A stretch of DNA of 32,000 nucleotides from Aliivibrio fischeri (GTDB lineage Bacteria; Pseudomonadota; Gammaproteobacteria; Enterobacterales; Vibrionaceae). Each line of letters begins with the position of its first letter. Within the stretch, counting starts at the first letter, position 1. Both the position numbers and the translations under genes were made by a program. The stretch spans positions 86,069-118,068 of the forward strand of contig NZ_WOBR01000003.1 of the NCBI RefSeq assembly GCF_009727955.1, read 5' to 3'. Under the pieces are notes generated by a model. The model worked only from the letters and a program-made list of their open reading frames with translations, had not been told where the DNA came from and did no database searches. Below, in pieces: positions 27,230 through 32,000 of this stretch.

Positions 27230-27247
27230 GGAGATCAAATGATCTCC
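27230..27247. terminator. terminator-like hairpin between convergent genes
   Basis: GGAGATC-AAAT-GATCTCC, preceded by AAAAAA and followed by TTT. Confidence 0.65.
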
Positions 27248-27275
27248 TTTCTAGTTTCTAGTTTCTAGTTTCTAG
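27248..27275. repeat. short tandem repeat (TTTCTAG)x4
   Basis: Four exact consecutive heptamers. Confidence 0.95.
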
Positions 27276-27307
27276 TACAAACTAACTTAATTCAATGACT
27301 CGTCAAA

Positions 27308-28933
27308 TTACACTTTAAAGCGTGATAGAGACTGCTGAAGAGTTGAAGCTAATTGCGCTAACTCAACACTTGATTGAGCCGTTTGCTCTGCACCTAGTGC
27401 AACTTCGCTTGCAGATAGGCTCATGCTTTGAATGTTGCGACCAAGTTCTTCTGTTACTGAATCTTGTTGGCTACATGCACTTGCAATTTGAATACTCGTA
27501 TCCGTTACTTTCATCATGGTTTCTTCAATCATTTGAATTGAGTTACCCGTTTGAACGCTTTGCTCTACACAAACACGGATCTTAGAACAACTTTGATCCG
27601 TTGCATTCTTGGCATGTGCAGCACTTGCTTGTAACTTTTCAATAATTTCAACGATTTCACTTGTTGATGATTGAGTACGACCTGCAAGAGAACGAACTTC
27701 ATCGGCAACAACCGCAAAACCACGACCTTGCTCACCAGCACGTGCCGCTTCAATCGCTGCGTTCAATGCTAATAAGTTAGTTTGGTCAGCAATTCCACGG
27801 ATAACTTCAACAACTACGCTGATGTTATTTGATTCACGTTCTAACTCTTCAACCAACTCACCTGCTTGCTCGATATCACGAGAAACAATCTGAATTTGCT
27901 CAATGTTAGATTGAACGTCTTGGTTACCTTGCTTCGCTTCTTCTGACGCTTCTAGAGCAGACGTTGATGCTGTTTCAGTGTTGTTTGCCACTTCTGCAAC
28001 CGTTGCCTTCATCTCTTCCATTGCAGCGGCAACCATTGTGATGTCTGATTGTTGCTGCTGCATACCACGTGAAGATTGCTCAGAGATCGCGCTCATCTCT
28101 TCAACCGCAGCTGAAAGTTGAGTAACAGCAGAAATCGTATCTTCAATCAAAATACGTAACTGGTGTTGCATTTCAATGTTAGTATCCGCTAGCGCGCCTA
28201 GTTCATCATTACCAATTTCACTACGACGGAGTTCAAACGTTAAATCACCCGCTGCAATCGCTTTAGACTGTTCAACCACCAAGTTTAATGGACGACAAAT
28301 TTGACGAGCTAAGAAGAAAGTAATGAAGATCATAAATGCAATTAATGCACTGAACGATACTTTTGTTGCCAACGTTACGTTATTAACACTGCTCATGATT
28401 GATTGGCGATTATTCGTAACAAAACCAAGGTTTGTTTGAACTAATCCATCCATTGCCGCGCCAACTTCCTCAAATTGAGAGAATGAATCCAACAATTCCT
28501 GTTGGGCTAACTTAAGATCTTTATTCGCAACTAAGCCGTTAAATTCTTTTAATTCAGTTAAATACTTATTCCAACCATTTGCAACGCGGTCAAAAACACG
28601 GCGTTCATCAGCACTTGCTACCGTTGCTTCATATGCATCAAGATCAGATTTAATTTGAGCTTCTTGTTTAGACAACGTTGATAATAAGGTTGGTAAATCT
28701 TTTTCTTGATAAGTTAATGCAGCGTATTGGTTACGACGATACGCATTCATTTCATAATATATGTCTTCAACTGACAACACACTTGGAACCGTAGAATCTG
28801 TAAAGTTAATTACTTCTGACTCTACTTTGTTTAATTCTTGTAATAGGAAAAAAGCAAACGCAATCATCACCAAACCAATGGCCGAAAAAACAACTGCAAT
28901 TTTCTTTTGCACTGCTAAATTTTTGTAACTCAT
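27308..28933 (-). CDS. methyl-accepting chemotaxis protein
   Basis: TM + 4HB-like sensor + HAMP + signalling hairpin tip [40 protein letters not shown]. Confidence 0.95.
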   Translation of the reverse strand: MSYKNLAVQKKIAVVFSAIGLVMIAFAFFLLQELNKVESEVINFTDSTVPSVLSVEDIYYEMNAYRRNQYAALTYQEKDLPTLLSTLSKQEAQIKSDLDAYEATVASADERRVFDRVANGWNKYLTELKEFNGLVANKDLKLAQQELLDSFSQFEEVGAAMDGLVQTNLGFVTNNRQSIMSSVNNVTLATKVSFSALIAFMIFITFFLARQICRPLNLVVEQSKAIAAGDLTFELRRSEIGNDELGALADTNIEMQHQLRILIEDTISAVTQLSAAVEEMSAISEQSSRGMQQQQSDITMVAAAMEEMKATVAEVANNTETASTSALEASEEAKQGNQDVQSNIEQIQIVSRDIEQAGELVEELERESNNISVVVEVIRGIADQTNLLALNAAIEAARAGEQGRGFAVVADEVRSLAGRTQSSTSEIVEIIEKLQASAAHAKNATDQSCSKIRVCVEQSVQTGNSIQMIEETMMKVTDTSIQIASACSQQDSVTEELGRNIQSMSLSASEVALGAEQTAQSSVELAQLASTLQQSLSRFKV

Positions 28934-29238
28934 GATATTTTACAACCTTATAAATTATTCTTTTCACTCGTTCCATGAGCATTGCTATTTGAGTCAACGA
29001 ATTAACTCATTCTGCGAACGTTATCGGCAGATGTTCAAGAAAATAAAATAAAATACGTAAAAAGTCACATAGTTTTATAATTGCAATAAAAGTTAAAAAA
29101 ATTAATCAGTTATTAACTTTTACAACAAGCAAACCATTGCGTTAATCAAAAAGAAAGAAAAGTAAGTGAAGTGTTATTGATAAGAATAACAATTTAACCA
29201 CCTTTAATGGAAAAATGTAAAAACACTTTCACTCTGGC

Positions 29239-29263
29239 TCAAAAGTCAAAATTATACCGTCAA
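29239..29263. repeat. intergenic 25-mer also found at 31289..31313 (23/25)
   Basis: TCAAAAGTCAAAATTATACCGTCAA versus TCAAAAGTCAAAATAATAACGTCAA. Confidence 0.7.
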
Positions 29264-29347
29264 CAAACAAAGCGCCAGTGCAATTTTTTTAAAAAAATTT
29301 TTATTCATTCCTTAAATTATTATTGTTCTCCAATGAATTCATAAAAA

Positions 29348-29373
29348 AAAGTGATGACATTTGCCATCACTTT
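29348..29373 (-). terminator. terminator for the second MCP
   Basis: AAAGTGATG ... CATCACTTT stem; in the minus direction followed by a T tract. Confidence 0.75.
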
Positions 29374-29395
29374 ACTCTTTAAATTCAATCAAAAA

Positions 29396-31021
29396 TTAAA
29401 CTTTAAAATACGATAAAGAAGTTTGTAATTTATTTGCTAGTTGCGCTAATTCAATACTAGATTGAGCCGTTTGCTCTGCACCTAACGCAACTTCGCTTGC
29501 CGATAAACTCATGCTTTGAATATTACGGCCTAGCTCTTCTGTTACTGAGTCTTGTTGACTACATGCACTTGCAATTTGAATGCTCGTATCCGTTACTTTC
29601 ATCATGGTTTCTTCAATCATTTGAATTGAGTTACCCGTTTGAACGCTTTGCTCTACACAAACACGGATCTTAGAACAACTTTGATCTGTCGCTGATTTAG
29701 CGTGTGCAGCACTTGCTTGTAACTTTTCAATAATCTCAACGATTTCACTTGTTGATGATTGAGTACGACCAGCAAGAGAACGAACTTCATCGGCAACAAC
29801 CGCAAAACCACGACCTTGCTCACCAGCACGAGCCGCTTCAATCGCTGCATTCAGTGCTAATAGGTTAGTTTGATCAGCAATACCACGGATAACTTCAACA
29901 ACTACGCTGATGTTATTTGATTCACGTTCTAGCTCTTCAACCAACTCACCTGCTTGCTCGATATCACGAGAAACAATCTGAATTTGCTCAATGTTAGATT
30001 GAACGTCTTGGTTACCTTGCTTCGCTTCTTCTGACGCTTCTAAAGCAGACGTTGATGCTGTTTCAGTGTTATTTGCTACATCAGCAACCGTTGCCTTCAT
30101 TTCTTCCATTGCAGCGGCAACCATTGTGATGTCTGATTGCTGTTGTTGCATGCCACGTGAAGATTGCTCAGAGATCGCACTCATTTCTTCAACCGCAGCT
30201 GAAAGTTGAGTTACCGCAGAAATCGTATCTTCAATTAAAATACGCAATTGGTTCTGCATCTCAATATTAGTATCAGCCAATGCACCTAATTCATCATTAC
30301 CAATTTCTTCTCGATTAAGTTCAAAAGTTAAATCACCTGATGCTATGGCTTTAGATTGCTCAACCACTAAGTTTAATGGACGACAAATTTGGCGAGCTAA
30401 AAAGAAAGTAACAAAGATCATGAATGCTATTAATGCACTGAATGAAACTTTTGTTGCCATTGTTACACTATCAACACTACGCATAATTGAAGAACGGTTG
30501 TTAGCAACAAAACCCAAATTAGTTTCAACCAACGCATCCATCGCATCACCTAATTCAAGAAACTGTGTAATAGATTTAGAAAGCTCTAATTGTGCTTGCT
30601 CAATATCTCTATTTTGAATCAACACAGGGAAGTTTTTTAAAAGATCTTCATACTTTTTCCAATGTGTTAAAACGCGATCAAAAACTCTACGTTCATTATC
30701 ACTACTTACCGTACTTTCATATTTTGCTAACTCTGCATTTATCATACTTTCCTGAGATGCCAATGTCGCAATCAAGTTTGGTAAGTCTTCTTGCTTAAGT
30801 GTTAATCCTGCATATTGATTACGTCGATGCGTATTCATATCAAAATACAAATTTTCAACAGAAATAACACTAGGAACCGTTGAATCAGCAAAATTAACAA
30901 CCCTTTCCTCAACTTTATTTAATTCCTGCAATAAAAAAGTAGCAAATGCTACAATAACTAATGCAATAACTAAAAATACAGCGGCAATTTTATTACGAAC
31001 CGCTAAATTCTTATAACTCAT
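29396..31021 (-). CDS. methyl-accepting chemotaxis protein (paralog of 27308..28933)
   Basis: 541 aa, signalling domain nearly identical to the neighbour; intact tip motif. Confidence 0.95.
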   Translation of the reverse strand: MSYKNLAVRNKIAAVFLVIALVIVAFATFLLQELNKVEERVVNFADSTVPSVISVENLYFDMNTHRRNQYAGLTLKQEDLPNLIATLASQESMINAELAKYESTVSSDNERRVFDRVLTHWKKYEDLLKNFPVLIQNRDIEQAQLELSKSITQFLELGDAMDALVETNLGFVANNRSSIMRSVDSVTMATKVSFSALIAFMIFVTFFLARQICRPLNLVVEQSKAIASGDLTFELNREEIGNDELGALADTNIEMQNQLRILIEDTISAVTQLSAAVEEMSAISEQSSRGMQQQQSDITMVAAAMEEMKATVADVANNTETASTSALEASEEAKQGNQDVQSNIEQIQIVSRDIEQAGELVEELERESNNISVVVEVIRGIADQTNLLALNAAIEAARAGEQGRGFAVVADEVRSLAGRTQSSTSEIVEIIEKLQASAAHAKSATDQSCSKIRVCVEQSVQTGNSIQMIEETMMKVTDTSIQIASACSQQDSVTEELGRNIQSMSLSASEVALGAEQTAQSSIELAQLANKLQTSLSYFKV

Positions 31022-31288
31022 AATTCACAACCTTTGGTTTAATTTATATTTTTATTGTCATTATTTTTATTAGATATCTGACAAGGGCGCGGAAGGTATA
31101 CGAAATGAGTATAAAAGTACACCACATTATAAATGTGATAAATATCAACAATTAAAGTAAATTAAGTAAAAACATTAATTCAATTGAAATATTGGGGTAG
31201 GTATGTAAAAAAAGTGAACAATTCATCACATCTAATATAATAAATTATTCACTTTAAATAATATAATTGTGAAATTACTTTTTTAAAC

Positions 31289-31313
31289 GTTCAAAAGTCA
31301 AAATAATAACGTC
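31289..31313. repeat. intergenic 25-mer, second copy
   Basis: See 29239..29263. Confidence 0.7.
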
Positions 31314-31341
31314 AAATAACATTACATCCATTATTATATAG

Positions 31342-32000
31342 TTACACTTTAAAATAAGATAAAAATGTTTGTAGTGTATTTGCTAATTGAGATAATTTTA
31401 TTCTCGATTGCTCTATGTTTTTATACGTCATATTTTCTTGCAATGATTCTATAAACGTCACTGCTTTTTTCGTTGAGAGTTGAGTATGACTAGCAAGAGC
31501 ATGAGCTTCAGTAACCATCACTTCAAAACGAGTATTCTGCTTATCCAAATTAGAAGCTTCATTCGCAATATTCGTAGCAAATGTATGCGTTGCTTCAGCA
31601 ATATTGTTCATTATTTCAATGATGCTATTTAATTTAATTGACTCTTTTTTAGGCTCATCAATAGCTGTTTTTATATCGTCAATTGCAGCCGCAACAATCG
31701 TAATATCAGCAGGAGTTGTCGTATTAGTAAACGATTTTTCCGAGCTGTCATTCATTTCTTTAACTTCGATGGAAAGTTGAGTTACCGCTGAAATTGTATT
31801 TTCAATTAACGTTCGTAATTGATGTTGCATTTCAATATTTGTATCCGCTAATGCACCTAGCTCATCATTGCCAATTTCTTCACGACGAAGTTCAAAGGTT
31901 AAATCTCCCGCTGCGATCGCTTTAGATTGCTCAACAACCAAATGTAATGGACGGCAAATTTGACGAGCTAAAAAGAAGGTGATAAAAATCATAAATACAA
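31342..32000 (-). CDS. partial, degenerate methyl-accepting chemotaxis protein (N-terminal part beyond the window)
   Basis: TM2/HAMP region near-identical to neighbours, then a shortened and diverged signalling domain; the reading frame runs off the window edge. Confidence 0.75.
   Translation of the reverse strand, partial: VFMIFITFFLARQICRPLHLVVEQSKAIAAGDLTFELRREEIGNDELGALADTNIEMQHQLRTLIENTISAVTQLSIEVKEMNDSSEKSFTNTTTPADITIVAAAIDDIKTAIDEPKKESIKLNSIIEIMNNIAEATHTFATNIANEASNLDKQNTRFEVMVTEAHALASHTQLSTKKAVTFIESLQENMTYKNIEQSRIKLSQLANTLQTFLSYFKV

Noticed and set aside
27322-30798. Antisense and alternative-frame ORFs inside the MCP genes (27322..27585, 27565..27753, 28806..28997, 29653..29850, 30345..30617, 30592..30798)
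   Set aside because: Similar shadow ORFs recur in the paralogous copies simply because the sequence is duplicated; no independent support.
1-32000. Search for mobile elements, prophage, CRISPR arrays, tRNA/rRNA
   Set aside because: No transposase/integrase-like product, no regularly spaced direct repeats of CRISPR type, and no tRNA- or rRNA-like sequence recognised by eye.

Overview
Ordinary-looking chromosomal segment, most likely from Aliivibrio/Vibrio (inferred from gene content, A. fischeri-like). No tRNA, rRNA, CRISPR or transposase was seen. In order: a hypothetical membrane protein, a small CBS-pair protein, a secreted hypothetical protein, a Vibrio-type TonB2 energy-transduction cluster (TPR protein, TonB, ExbD, ExbB, TtpC-like, DUF3450-like) with a siderophore receptor, and a torYZ/torCA-like TMAO reductase pair. 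Next comes a compact five-gene minus-strand operon (14578..19324), then two two-component systems, ogt, an ArsR/ArsP-like permease pair, a beta-hydroxyacid dehydrogenase, and a tandem array of three methyl-accepting chemotaxis proteins, the third degenerate and cut by the window edge. The main candidate for an undescribed system is 14578..19324. It encodes (a) a protein combining a CsgG/FlgO-like domain with a beta-barrel-like C-terminus, (b) a periplasmic TPR protein, (c) an apparent natural fusion of the FliF RBM3 domain and last TM helix with FliG middle and C-terminal motor domains, (d) a MotA/PomA-like protein and (e) a MotB/PomB-like protein. No other flagellar gene is in the window. This looks like a minimal stand-alone ion-driven rotor/stator machine. 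All homology calls are by eye from protein motifs, and no search was run.
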